Source: an uncultured bacterium | GTDB lineage: Bacteria; Omnitrophota; Omnitrophia; Omnitrophales; Abzuiibacteriaceae | Direction of reading: 5' to 3' | Length of the DNA: 64,000 nucleotides | Assembly (NCBI GenBank): GCA_964387845.1 | Contig: CAYLXA010000009.1 | Span: 42,098 to 106,097 of the forward strand | Part shown: positions 44,201 through 52,300 of the stretch, piece by piece | Layout of the letters: each line of letters opens with the position of its first letter | Numbering within the stretch: position 1 is the stretch's first letter | The notes under the pieces: model-generated | Seen by the model: only the letters and a program-made list of their open reading frames with translations | Told to the model about the DNA's origin: nothing | Database searches by the model: none | Position numbers and translations under genes: made by a program

Positions 44201-47200
44201 CAACCCAACCTGCAGCGGCTCCTGTCAGAATTTTTAACGGCAGGTTCAATTCCGACCACGCGCTGCGTAGTTCGGAACGATGAGTAGTAACGGGGACGGT
44301 AGACCCCACAACGCCAAGAAGATCGAAACGTGCGCTGCTGTCCACGCGCTGGTCTGCTTTTGTGATTAAATCAAAAAGAGACTGCAAAGCTTGTTTCTGA
44401 TTTTCGTCGCGGACTTGCGCAAAAGCAAGCTGCAAAGCAGCTTCGGCATGGCTAAGCTGGCCTTTATTGAAAATCACGGCGGCCTGACGGACTAAAGATT
44501 CTAAATCGACAATTTCCGTAGGAAGCGGGGCAAATGGAAGCGATTCAAAAAATTTCCGGCTCTCACGGTCAGCAAAAGCTTGAGGCGTAATGCCTTCCGC
44601 TTTGGCGCTTTGCAAAATAACTCTCGTGCGGTGTTGGATTAAAGCCGCGATAGAACTATCGGAAGAATCATGCCCCAAATGGCCGTCAACTCCGGTGACG
44701 CCACCGGCATTGGAAATATAATCCGGAACCGGTGTAATGCCCGCTGCTTTCAGCTCTTCCGCATCTTTCACCTTATCATAAAGCACATTATTCGTAGACC
44801 CGACAACGCCCTTTACTCCGGCAAACATTAACTCTTTTGCAGCATCCGCATTAATCACAGGCCCTCGGGCTGCCGGCACAAAAATATCGACATGATCAAC
44901 GCCCAGCCGGTTAAAATCATCTTTGAAATGCTTTGCCGGATTAAAAATCTTGGTTGTATAACCGCCGCCGGTTTTCGGTTCTTCCAAAAAGTGAAAGAAA
45001 CGGTTTTGGTCAGCGTAAGTTTTAAGCGCCGGATGATCTTCGAAAAGTTTATCGATCCTTCCCTGGCTTACATCCGAAGCGATGACAACGCCGCCTTCAT
45101 CCAAAATGGGCTGAATGACTTCGCTGCCGACACCACCCACGCCTTGAACTGTGAAAACTTTTCCCGCGATTTCGGGATTATCGGGAAAAATTTCTGATAA
45201 TAAACCTTTTAATGAAGCAATGATCCCAACGCCGGTCGGATGAGTCGGGACTTTGCTGTTTCCGGTTTCATCCGAATAAGGCACGATTGAAGTCGGCGCA
45301 AATTTAAACAGCAGTTCGGCGTCCCGGACCGAAATATTCATGTCTTGTCCCGTTAAAACACCGCCGCCGATTAAATTTCCTATTTTCTCAACTGCTTTAG
45401 CGTAACTTTCAAGAATCGCATCGCGTTCGGGAGACTGAACCGCCGGATTAACCTTGTGGCTTCGGATAGCCGATTTGGAGCCGCCGATTTTTAAACCATT
45501 AATACCGGCACCTGCATTTTTAAAACTCATTTCCTGAGAAAGTTCAAGAGCATCAATCAACGCATCGACATCGCTTTGATAGCTCAAAATTCGCGTGCCG
45601 CCGGTAGCGCGCCACTGCCCGTTTAGGACACGGCCTTTGCTCTGAATTTGGGTAAGCCGGTGAATGGCAACATAAGCGGTATAACCCAAGATCGGGTTGT
45701 CAATTTGAAATACGGCGTAATGCCGGTCCCAATGCTCACGGATCTGATCGACTGCTTCCGGAAAAGCCGCCATGAAATCACTCAAATTGCGCAATGCGTG
45801 GATTTCGGTGCCATCCGGCATCACCATTCCGTCAAGGCGCTTTGGGTCCAACCGGTTGGCTTCGATATCGTATAAACGCAAATCGGCCACAACAGCTTTG
45901 GCCTGCCCCACAACCGATTCGCCCTGCGAATGATAAAGCCCGATTTCAATCCGCTCAAAAATGCCGATTAACTGTTCAAAGGATTCCGCGAGAGATAAAA
46001 GTGTTTGCGCAGTGGGCGTACCGACAATATTAAATTTTTTTCTGGTTGAAAAATCTCTTAATACGGCAGCGAAACTCTGAAACTGGAAATTTAAGATTTG
46101 GACAGTCTTAAGATTGATTAATCCTGCATCAAGTACAACTTGAATATCGGTTTTGATTTTATTAAAAATCGGAGCGCGCACAACATCGCCCGCTACATCT
46201 CTTTCACTTTGTGTTGCCGCCGTTTCTTCCAGTTTCTGCGAACTGCTCTGAATTAACTGGACGCTTTCCAAAATAAGCCCCAGAACTTCACGAACATCCT
46301 TCTGCCGCAGCTCGGACTTTGCCAAATGGCTTGGCAAAGCCGAAGCAGTCCCGCGCAGTTCAGCGCGGGGCAGCTCGGCCGTTGATTTCGCCTCGGAGCG
46401 GGAAAGTTCTTCGAGAATAGAATCGGGTTGATTTGGATCGAGTATTTCCTTTAATTTTGCCAAAGCGATACTTCTATCTGAAAAATCTTTAACAGCCTGT
46501 ATCAATTCTGACAGCGCCTTGCCTGTAGGACTCGTCGGCGCTTCAGCACGAGTCCGATGTTTGTCATAGCGTAGCGAATCTACTAAAAGAAACGCTTCGT
46601 GGGCTTTGCCGTGAAGCTGCTTCCACCGATGGTATGTATTGGGCATATTTCGTTGGAAGCCTGCTAAATCTGACTCCAGTTGCTCAAATATTGATTGGGC
46701 TTGAATAAGGCTGCTGTGAATAAATCTTATATCCTTTTCGGTTTGATGAAATTCCGGAGCGCTTGGGTTGATCATGACCAAGACAGGAGGAAATTTTTGT
46801 TTCACTTTCTGAACCATAGGAATAAGTTGAGTTAAAATTTCTTCAAGAGTCGCGCGCAGCTCGGAGCGCGAATTCTTGAAAGCGTTGTTTCGGACGCCGG
46901 ATTGATACTTGAAAGAGGTGTAAACATAAGTAATCGCAGCACCAATAAGCCCTGCGCCTACGCCGATCAGAATATACAGCGGCGTTGATTCAATGCCGTA
47001 TCCAATACCGAGGATCGGAACGCTTACCGCGCCGGCGATGCCACCTGTAAAAAGACCGATAACCACGGAGTGAAGCACGCGCTCCCCTCGTGACATGTCT
47101 TTCAAAATACTGAATGACCTCGCCCGCAGCTCGGACTTTGCCAAATGGCTTGGCAAAACCGAAGCAGCCCCGCGCAGTTCAGCGCGGGGCAGCTCGGCCC

Positions 47201-49076
47201 TGTGAAGACGCTCCGTATCCACAGGTCTCTCGAGTTGTGGTTCCGAAGGAACTTTACGAACCTCGGAACGGCTATGCAATAATGGTAGTTTCGACAAAGG
47301 CGTACCTGCATTGCTATCGAGAAACTCTTGAACGAGCTTAGAAACTGTTTCCGCTTTTGCGTTTTCTGCTTTAACAGTAATAAGCCATGTTGGATAACTA
47401 TCCGCCCAAATAAACTGAAGGTCTTGATATTTCAAAAACCGTCGTGTTCCATAATAAGAATCGATAATTTCAACACCATTTTCATTTTGAGAAACAACCA
47501 CGCCTTGAATGTCGTCACTCTCCTTAATTTTTGCGTGCAGAAAATACCAATAACCCTTTACTCCAGGCTTATTATTCCCAAGATGAAAATGCATCCGATC
47601 CCAAAGATTCATCCAATCCTGGATACCTTCCACAACTTCAATAATTTCAATTTTCTTAGCTTTCTGTTTGGACTGCCGCAGCTCGGAGCGGGGCTTTTCG
47701 CCGTCACGCAGACGTGAATGCCGGGCTTGAGTAATGTGCGGCGTATCGTCTTCCACGGGCTCTTGAATATCCTTAGGATCTGCGCCGTGGCGAAGCTTTT
47801 GAAGATACGTCAAGTCAGCGTCTGCCTGCGGCGGCGTTTGGTCATCTTCCGATGCGTGGCGTAATTCTGAACGTTGGTCAGTTTTAGGTTGCGGTGTTAA
47901 TGTGGGCCACTCCTCCCAAACCCATTTCTTTCTCATACGTTCTTCCGCCGGATAATCAGTTGTACCAATCATGAAATGTGAGCCATGAGGAGAGAGCCAA
48001 TATTCATCCTCTGCACGGCCTTTACCAGAACTTACGGTCAGGACGAAATCTTGGTGTTCGCTAAGAATGGCGGTTACTTTTTCAACAAAAGCTTGTGTCG
48101 TGGCTTCATTCATTAAACGGTATCTCAAATTTGCTACTTCATCGTCAATGAAATCTTCAGAAGGCAATAAACCGCTTAAATTTAAATTTCTCACCTTCTC
48201 TTCAATGCTGTGAATAATTTGATTTTTTCTGATTTCACGCGCACTTAACACAGGAGCAGATTGATACGCCTTGCGCACCATGCGGTAATAAGTAATCGCA
48301 GCGCTAATAAGCCCTGTACCAACGCCGATCAAAACAGATGAGGCGGTCGATTTAATGTTGTATCCAGTGCCGAGAATCGGGACACTCAAAGAACCGACAA
48401 TACCTCCGACAAAAACACCGATGAGCAAGGTATTGGCAATAAGTTCTCCCCGCGACATACCCTTAAAAGCTCTTGCTCGCAATTCAGAACGGGATTCTGA
48501 TCGAGTTTCGATTGAAATTTGAACTTGATCGGTAGAGGCAACTATCACGTTCTCAAGCGCAGGCTTTAAGTCAAAACGGATAACTAACCAATCCGTACTG
48601 ACCGGAATGTTGCTTCCGTTGATTGAGATACCGGAAATACGGACATGGGACCAGGGGTCAAATTTGAGATGCAAACCGGTTTTTTGGCTGACGATATTTA
48701 AAATATCCAAAACGATTGAAGAGAGTTTCTTAGTTCCAATGCGCTGATTGTAAGAATACGGTTCTCCGTTGATGGTAAAATTGATATTCGACAGAGCCCG
48801 TTCGGTTGATTGCTCCGGAAGTCGTAATTCTGATTTTTTACCAAAATCATCCTCCGGAATTTCCAGTTTTGCGGGGATTTCAATGCCTGCTTTACGAAGC
48901 TCAGAACGCACGTTTGAGAACCCAGTGTGCGCTTCCGGATTTGCCCGTATGTGATAAACTTCGGAATTTTTAAGCGCAACAGAAGACGCAAAATCCGTGT
49001 AACCGACGGTACTAGTAAATGTAAAAGTGATGAGGAGTGTGAGCGAAATAATCTTCAAAAATGGCTTGCCGGACAT
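41289..49076 (-). CDS. Giant mosaic polyprotein D, 2595 aa. Contains TM modules, a Glu/Leu/Phe/Val-type dehydrogenase and a TetR-like HTH.
   Basis: ORF-track ORF. ATG at 49074..49076 with AAAGGGA 13 nt upstream. TAA at 41289..41291. Leader MSGKPFLKIISLTLLITFTFTSTVGYTD. It carries the largest number of RSELR-type motifs, about 18. Confidence 0.85.
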   Translation of the reverse strand: MSGKPFLKIISLTLLITFTFTSTVGYTDFASSVALKNSEVYHIRANPEAHTGFSNVRSELRKAGIEIPAKLEIPEDDFGKKSELRLPEQSTERALSNINFTINGEPYSYNQRIGTKKLSSIVLDILNIVSQKTGLHLKFDPWSHVRISGISINGSNIPVSTDWLVIRFDLKPALENVIVASTDQVQISIETRSESRSELRARAFKGMSRGELIANTLLIGVFVGGIVGSLSVPILGTGYNIKSTASSVLIGVGTGLISAAITYYRMVRKAYQSAPVLSAREIRKNQIIHSIEEKVRNLNLSGLLPSEDFIDDEVANLRYRLMNEATTQAFVEKVTAILSEHQDFVLTVSSGKGRAEDEYWLSPHGSHFMIGTTDYPAEERMRKKWVWEEWPTLTPQPKTDQRSELRHASEDDQTPPQADADLTYLQKLRHGADPKDIQEPVEDDTPHITQARHSRLRDGEKPRSELRQSKQKAKKIEIIEVVEGIQDWMNLWDRMHFHLGNNKPGVKGYWYFLHAKIKESDDIQGVVVSQNENGVEIIDSYYGTRRFLKYQDLQFIWADSYPTWLITVKAENAKAETVSKLVQEFLDSNAGTPLSKLPLLHSRSEVRKVPSEPQLERPVDTERLHRAELPRAELRGAASVLPSHLAKSELRARSFSILKDMSRGERVLHSVVIGLFTGGIAGAVSVPILGIGYGIESTPLYILIGVGAGLIGAAITYVYTSFKYQSGVRNNAFKNSRSELRATLEEILTQLIPMVQKVKQKFPPVLVMINPSAPEFHQTEKDIRFIHSSLIQAQSIFEQLESDLAGFQRNMPNTYHRWKQLHGKAHEAFLLVDSLRYDKHRTRAEAPTSPTGKALSELIQAVKDFSDRSIALAKLKEILDPNQPDSILEELSRSEAKSTAELPRAELRGTASALPSHLAKSELRQKDVREVLGLILESVQLIQSSSQKLEETAATQSERDVAGDVVRAPIFNKIKTDIQVVLDAGLINLKTVQILNFQFQSFAAVLRDFSTRKKFNIVGTPTAQTLLSLAESFEQLIGIFERIEIGLYHSQGESVVGQAKAVVADLRLYDIEANRLDPKRLDGMVMPDGTEIHALRNLSDFMAAFPEAVDQIREHWDRHYAVFQIDNPILGYTAYVAIHRLTQIQSKGRVLNGQWRATGGTRILSYQSDVDALIDALELSQEMSFKNAGAGINGLKIGGSKSAIRSHKVNPAVQSPERDAILESYAKAVEKIGNLIGGGVLTGQDMNISVRDAELLFKFAPTSIVPYSDETGNSKVPTHPTGVGIIASLKGLLSEIFPDNPEIAGKVFTVQGVGGVGSEVIQPILDEGGVVIASDVSQGRIDKLFEDHPALKTYADQNRFFHFLEEPKTGGGYTTKIFNPAKHFKDDFNRLGVDHVDIFVPAARGPVINADAAKELMFAGVKGVVGSTNNVLYDKVKDAEELKAAGITPVPDYISNAGGVTGVDGHLGHDSSDSSIAALIQHRTRVILQSAKAEGITPQAFADRESRKFFESLPFAPLPTEIVDLESLVRQAAVIFNKGQLSHAEAALQLAFAQVRDENQKQALQSLFDLITKADQRVDSSARFDLLGVVGSTVPVTTHRSELRSAWSELNLPLKILTGAAAGWVGLIVVGTIIGLTLLAYWRLKPQATNQTSGSQVANDNDDEFDLMSAAVAGSSVTDQSSTRKFRLWIGNVLLSIFFRLFVREIKDQNSTPKSSSDDAHRSELRNSLVRLAISAGASAISGFVVYQLTKWLSHDPSKPMQVAIGVSFISTFLIYLFLSLFKKSAEADREAEKLLAELETQAGSAEKSELRASEYSDLVYAGSQYIAGGLFAGVISLVTLVIKRGFSAFANRTNTPFSSAASKEAKVTPQEYLRSHLISAFGRAHRNLDILPRIEIKLHPDPDEDIVNFKFDIANETLIIEISNFTLSAAIRAPAVIAKQIVALIPEDILNTIYLGPEDAEVVASRSELRNNLGGSVSIASDFFYIVSQYGFAALGAGLWAALWVVPIKLSKQRSDFKLGRKAVELSGPFHIAIKYVGRKQRVFLIEPYSYKIAISEKVEGQTYLIAELYRDGDQRVSNLLTLEWLINRINLTMPKQAEAGAVPSARVSKRGTFYFVTVAQTAEQSGQADSDTDGIQEPRSELRATEATPDQVNSAIDRLFADYVKSSGSNIDNQTVPAFIDTLEIKDVEREIQGGSGASEAIAVTGTQLMEGIRAFRSRQSGRSELREETETPKMSVRDRILDTVKRLGQEGRLQTTLTELAAEADVAYDTLVNYRKSDPAIEAVIQWAVTEGSLRNSKDQMETKPAPTRDRLRVALQSMVQGKIKHPTLKSLSGALGLKLPNLSTYQRTDSGIRDLISKIVVRRNVGPSAESQLAATSEKSGIRSELRASSAVVDDFATLGDMVDRNARTELGGFVYAAVENLRFPNYDDPTSTIRFFDYFAPSQSDQVLGTILTQDLVLAESERTEKGQELLWALRFIVPKVDRIAFVVDSTGEAAIRDVLQGISIDHVVFSRSYPDARRQLIEKGANKTRILASKREKAFFERLGERYKSLVEYVSREDVSALYRALGIRDIVEQLSIQLRSELRTLRSA
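41292..41800 (-). other. C-terminal conserved region of D.
   Basis: ...LVLAESERTEKGQELLWALRFIVPKVDRIAFVVDSTGEAAIRDVLQGISIDHVVFSRS...QLRSELRTLRSA*. Confidence 0.4.
41904..41918 (-). other. Example RSELR site in D (codons CGA TCT GAA TTG AGG).
   Basis: Plus strand cctcaattcagatcg. Reads GIRSELRASSAVVDDF. Confidence 0.9.
42200..42375 (-). other. Module in D: TetR-family-like N-terminal HTH DNA-binding segment.
   Basis: MSVRDRILDTVKRLGQEGRLQTTLTELAAEADVAYDTLVNYRKSDPAIEAVIQ fits the TetR helix-turn-helix pattern (G..TT..IA..AGV..G.LY.HF.SKE). Confidence 0.45.
44650..45700 (-). other. Module in D: Glu/Leu/Phe/Val-type amino-acid dehydrogenase family.
   Basis: MSFKNAGAGINGLKIGGSKSAIRSHKV (~45425..45540, GGxK catalytic-Lys loop), VQGVGGVGSEVIQ (NAD loop), DIFVPAARG, AAGITPVPDYISNAGGV (~44700..44750). 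Confidence 0.7.
46324..46400. repeat. Copy 2 of a 77-nt near-identical direct repeat inside D.
   Basis: ccgcagctcggactttgccaaatggcttggcaaagccgaagcagtcccgcgcagttcagcgcggggcagctcggcc. Differs from copy 1 at 2 positions. Encodes ELPRAELRGTASALPSHLAKSELRQ. Confidence 0.8.
46930..47080 (-). other. Duplicated TM module in D, copy 2.
   Basis: VVIGLFTGGIAGAVSVPILGIGYGIESTPLYILIGVGAGLIGAAITYVY, preceded by KSELRARSFSILKDMSRGE. About 55% identical to copy 1. Confidence 0.55.
47123..47198. repeat. Copy 1 of the 77-nt direct repeat inside D. Contains a GC palindrome, 8-bp arms with a 6-nt spacer, at 47167..47188.
   Basis: cccgcagctcggactttgccaaatggcttggcaaaaccgaagcagccccgcgcagttcagcgcggggcagctcggcc. 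The palindrome is ccccgcgc-agttca-gcgcgggg. Encodes ELPRAELRGAASVLPSHLAKSELRA. Confidence 0.8.
48300..48450 (-). other. Duplicated TM module in D, copy 1 (two glycine-zipper-like helices).
   Basis: LLIGVFVGGIVGSLSVPILGTGYNIKSTASSVLIGVGTGLISAAITYY, preceded by SRSELRARAFKGMSRGE. Confidence 0.55.
48975..49076 (-). other. Leader of D: conserved Sec-like leader.
   Basis: MSGKPFLKIISLTLLITFTFTSTVGYTDFASS. First RSELR at about residue 56. Confidence 0.55.
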
Positions 49077-49251
49077 TATTTGTTGGACATCCCTTTCAAA
49101 ACTGAGATTCTCTTGCCAGACTTTTCCAAAGTTTTAAGCTTCAGAGCCAGAAAAATACAATGGCTGCTTTTGATAATGGATTGATCTTTTCTGCGCCTGA
49201 CTGTGAGTTGGATCATTTTTTCTGCCGAATTTCCTGCCGAAAATTAAGAAA

Positions 49252-49280
49252 ATATTATCATTAGAATACCTTTATTTCAA
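49252..49280 (-). promoter_or_regulatory. Candidate sigma70-like promoter for D in the E-D spacer.
   Basis: On the minus strand: TTGAAA (plus strand 49275..49280), a 17-nt spacer, then TAATAT (plus strand 49252..49257). About 170 nt upstream of the D start codon. The region is AT-rich, so a chance match is possible. Confidence 0.3.
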
Positions 49281-49330
49281 GTATATAAGGTATTTTTTTT
49301 AATATGATAAGATAACTTTGATACCTTTTA

Positions 49331-49345
49331 GTTCTATTATAGAAC
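49331..49345. promoter_or_regulatory. Perfect 7-1-7 palindrome gttctat-t-atagaac, about 20 nt downstream of the E stop.
   Basis: Read directly. Adjacent small hairpin agctt-atca-aagct at 49346..49359. With only a 1-nt centre it cannot form an RNA hairpin loop, so it is a candidate dimeric-regulator operator. Confidence 0.4.
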
Positions 49346-49364
49346 AGCTTATCAAAGCTCTTAA

Positions 49365-52300
49365 TTAGGCGCGCGATAGGACTATTTGGTATGAACGGAT
49401 GAATTGATCGATAGCTTCGACGGCTTTCCCAAGGCGGCCTCGGATACTGCTAATCATATCAGCCGTGAATAAAACAACGCTTGTGAAATAATCACTCAGT
49501 TCACTTCTCACGATTTCTGCCTCATGGCTTGAATCCGTAAAGTAAATGTTAGTCCGGATTCCCTTCGAACGCATGAGTTTGGCTAATTTTTCAGGCGTTG
49601 CGGCATATAAAATTTGTCTATCAATGGGAAGTGATGCATTGAGTTCATCGACAAAGCGAAGTTCGGAACGCGTGGGTGTTACAAATCCGATTCTCACATT
49701 CGACTGAGCTGCAATTTGAACATAATACGGCGCGAGCCCTTCATCGAACACAATGCTCCGCGCAAATACCCAGCCTTGGCTGGTACTATCGTGAATAAGT
49801 TTATCAGCAGCCATGGAGCGGTGAAGCTCGGAACGTAATCCGGGGTTTTGTTGAAGCTGGGTTCCAATGGCCTGATGCGCTTTTGTTAGAGATGAAAGCC
49901 TTGTATCAGTAATATTGAGGGCATCTTCTGCATTTAGCCTTTGGAAATCCGCGCTTGCTGTCCTTGAATTCCGAAGCTCGCTGCGGACTTTCCATGGATT
50001 GGACCTTTCCGGAGGATTTGTATACTTGTTACGTTCTGTTATTACTCGCTCAAGCCCTTCCTTTGCGCTATTGACAGCGGCCGACGCAGAAGCCCATTTG
50101 CTCGGATTAAGTAATTGCGTGCCATCCGGCTCTTCTGCAATTGGTGTTAAATGTTGAAGCTCGGCCCGCCGAAGATCGAGCTCTTTCTCTGCTAATGCGA
50201 CACGCGCATTTAAGATTGCTCCTTTTTGCTTGCTTGCTTCGGCTTCGGTCAATGCCGCCTGCGCTGCATTGAATGCTGCTTCAGCCGCGGCCACTTTGGG
50301 ATGAACTGTTTCAGTGCTTGCTCTTAATTCAGAACGCGATTCAAGAAATTGACGGTATGCTGCCAAGCTGGCAGATTCTGTGCGCGTATTGCCGTCTTTA
50401 ACAGTATCACCGGAAATATGCGCAAGCTGCTCACGCTCAAGCCAATCAAACACGATGCCGCCGGTTGAGATGTACCGATTCTTTACGCTTTCCGATTCTA
50501 ACGTTTCGCCGCCTTCGGTCCTGACGCGGACTTCATAGGAAGCAACAAAGGTCGGGTCGTTGGATGAAGCGCGAATCACGAAGCGCCCCGCCTCTTTCCC
50601 GGCTTCGTCTTTGAAGCGGATATCCGCAAACCGGTAAAGGCCGTCTTCGCCCTTGAAAGTTATGACTTCCCGGACTTTAAAAATACCGGCCGGCGATAAA
50701 AATTCTTTTTCTTTTGAGAATTCTTGAATTGCTTTTTCAACCGTCAGGTCACGGCCGAGCGCAATAATTTTCGGATTGGGTGTTGCTGTATCGCTATATT
50801 GATACCCCGTATCGTTGCGCGGATCTCCTGCCAATTTTTGCAAAAGCGACGCCTGAAACGGCGGTTGAAACCGCGTTGATTGTTTATAGGGTTTTGCATA
50901 ATGCTCGAATGCCGCTTCAAACGGAAATGGATTTTGTGTTTTGTGTTCTTGGGCGTATTGAGCAACTTGAATAACCGAAAGCACTGCCACTGCAATCGGA
51001 TTTTCGTATTCGCCGGTCACATCGAGCCACGCATGACCGGAGCGCTCGCTCAACATGGGGATACTGTAACCTTTCCCTTTTAATTCTTTGGCTTTTGCCT
51101 TCAAAAACGGGTAGCCGGAATCGGTTATAAATGTTTCAATTCCGTTTTCCCCGGCTGCATCTGCAACACCCAAAGTCGAAAGCACATCACTAATCACCGC
51201 CACATGCTCGGAGGAACGTGAATGATAACCGCCTCGATTAACCAAAAATGGGATGAGGATGGCCATTAAATTATCCGGCGGGAGCACAAGGAAACTGCCG
51301 TCCTTTCTCTTAATCACAATTGCTCCGCGATCGCCGTCCAAATCAAACGCGAGGCCGATATCAATATTTTCATCAGACATTTTGGTTCTTAATTCTTCAA
51401 GATTGGCCATAATAGACGGATCCGCTTTGTGCATTCCCGTAATCGACTGAACATCGCCGTTAATTAAAACGGCTTCGGCGCCCAAATTTTTGAATACAGC
51501 TTCCGCCAAATATCCGCTTGGTGTGTGGGCACCGTCAATCGCAATCCTAAGCCCTTCAAAGGGCTTTTGAAACATAACATACCCTGCGATCCGCTGCTCC
51601 CAATCTGATAATACTTTTTCCGGGAAATCACTCTTTCTCAATTGATCAGCCAAATTAAAAAGATTCGCCGCGCTACCTCCGATACCGGCAACTCGGCCAA
51701 CCAGCGTCGTTATGCGGACAGTATTAACATCTACGTTCAGCGCCCGGATATAACCTGACCTTTCGCCGGCATCGTGCACCATCCATCCGTAATCAGCCAT
51801 GTACTTTTGGACCATCGGAAGCGACACTGCTTTGATTTCTTGTGTCGTCAGACTCGCCAAGCGGCCTTCTTCGTCCTGTATGCTGACTTTTGCGCCGCGA
51901 ATTTCATCCGTGCTGGCCACATGGCTCGACGTCAGCAAAACACTGACGAGCGGCTGTATCTCGCGCACCGCCCAAGAATAAGAAGTTGCAGCATTCGGGC
52001 CGTCTTCTGCCGTATATACCACATCCAAACCTGCATATAAAAATCCTGCGGTCAAAGCTTCGACAAGTTCGGGTTCGATTTTGCGTGCATCGCGCGCAAT
52101 GACAACCGTTTCATTTTTAGAACCCGATTTCTTTGCCTTTTCAAACGCCATCCGTGCCCACGTAAGACCCCACAAAAACCAAAGCTTCGGCGACGGCGCA
52201 TGTTCTTTGTCTCGTGAACGGTAATCATAATCGCGCGCCATGAGTTTCACGAGCGTTTCATCTGCTTCGGTTGCCTTCATACGAATATATTTGGAGATCA

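Noticed and set aside
49331-49345. The 7-1-7 palindrome as an RNA terminator hairpin.
   Set aside because: A 1-nt loop is sterically impossible. It is better explained as a dsDNA operator-type site.
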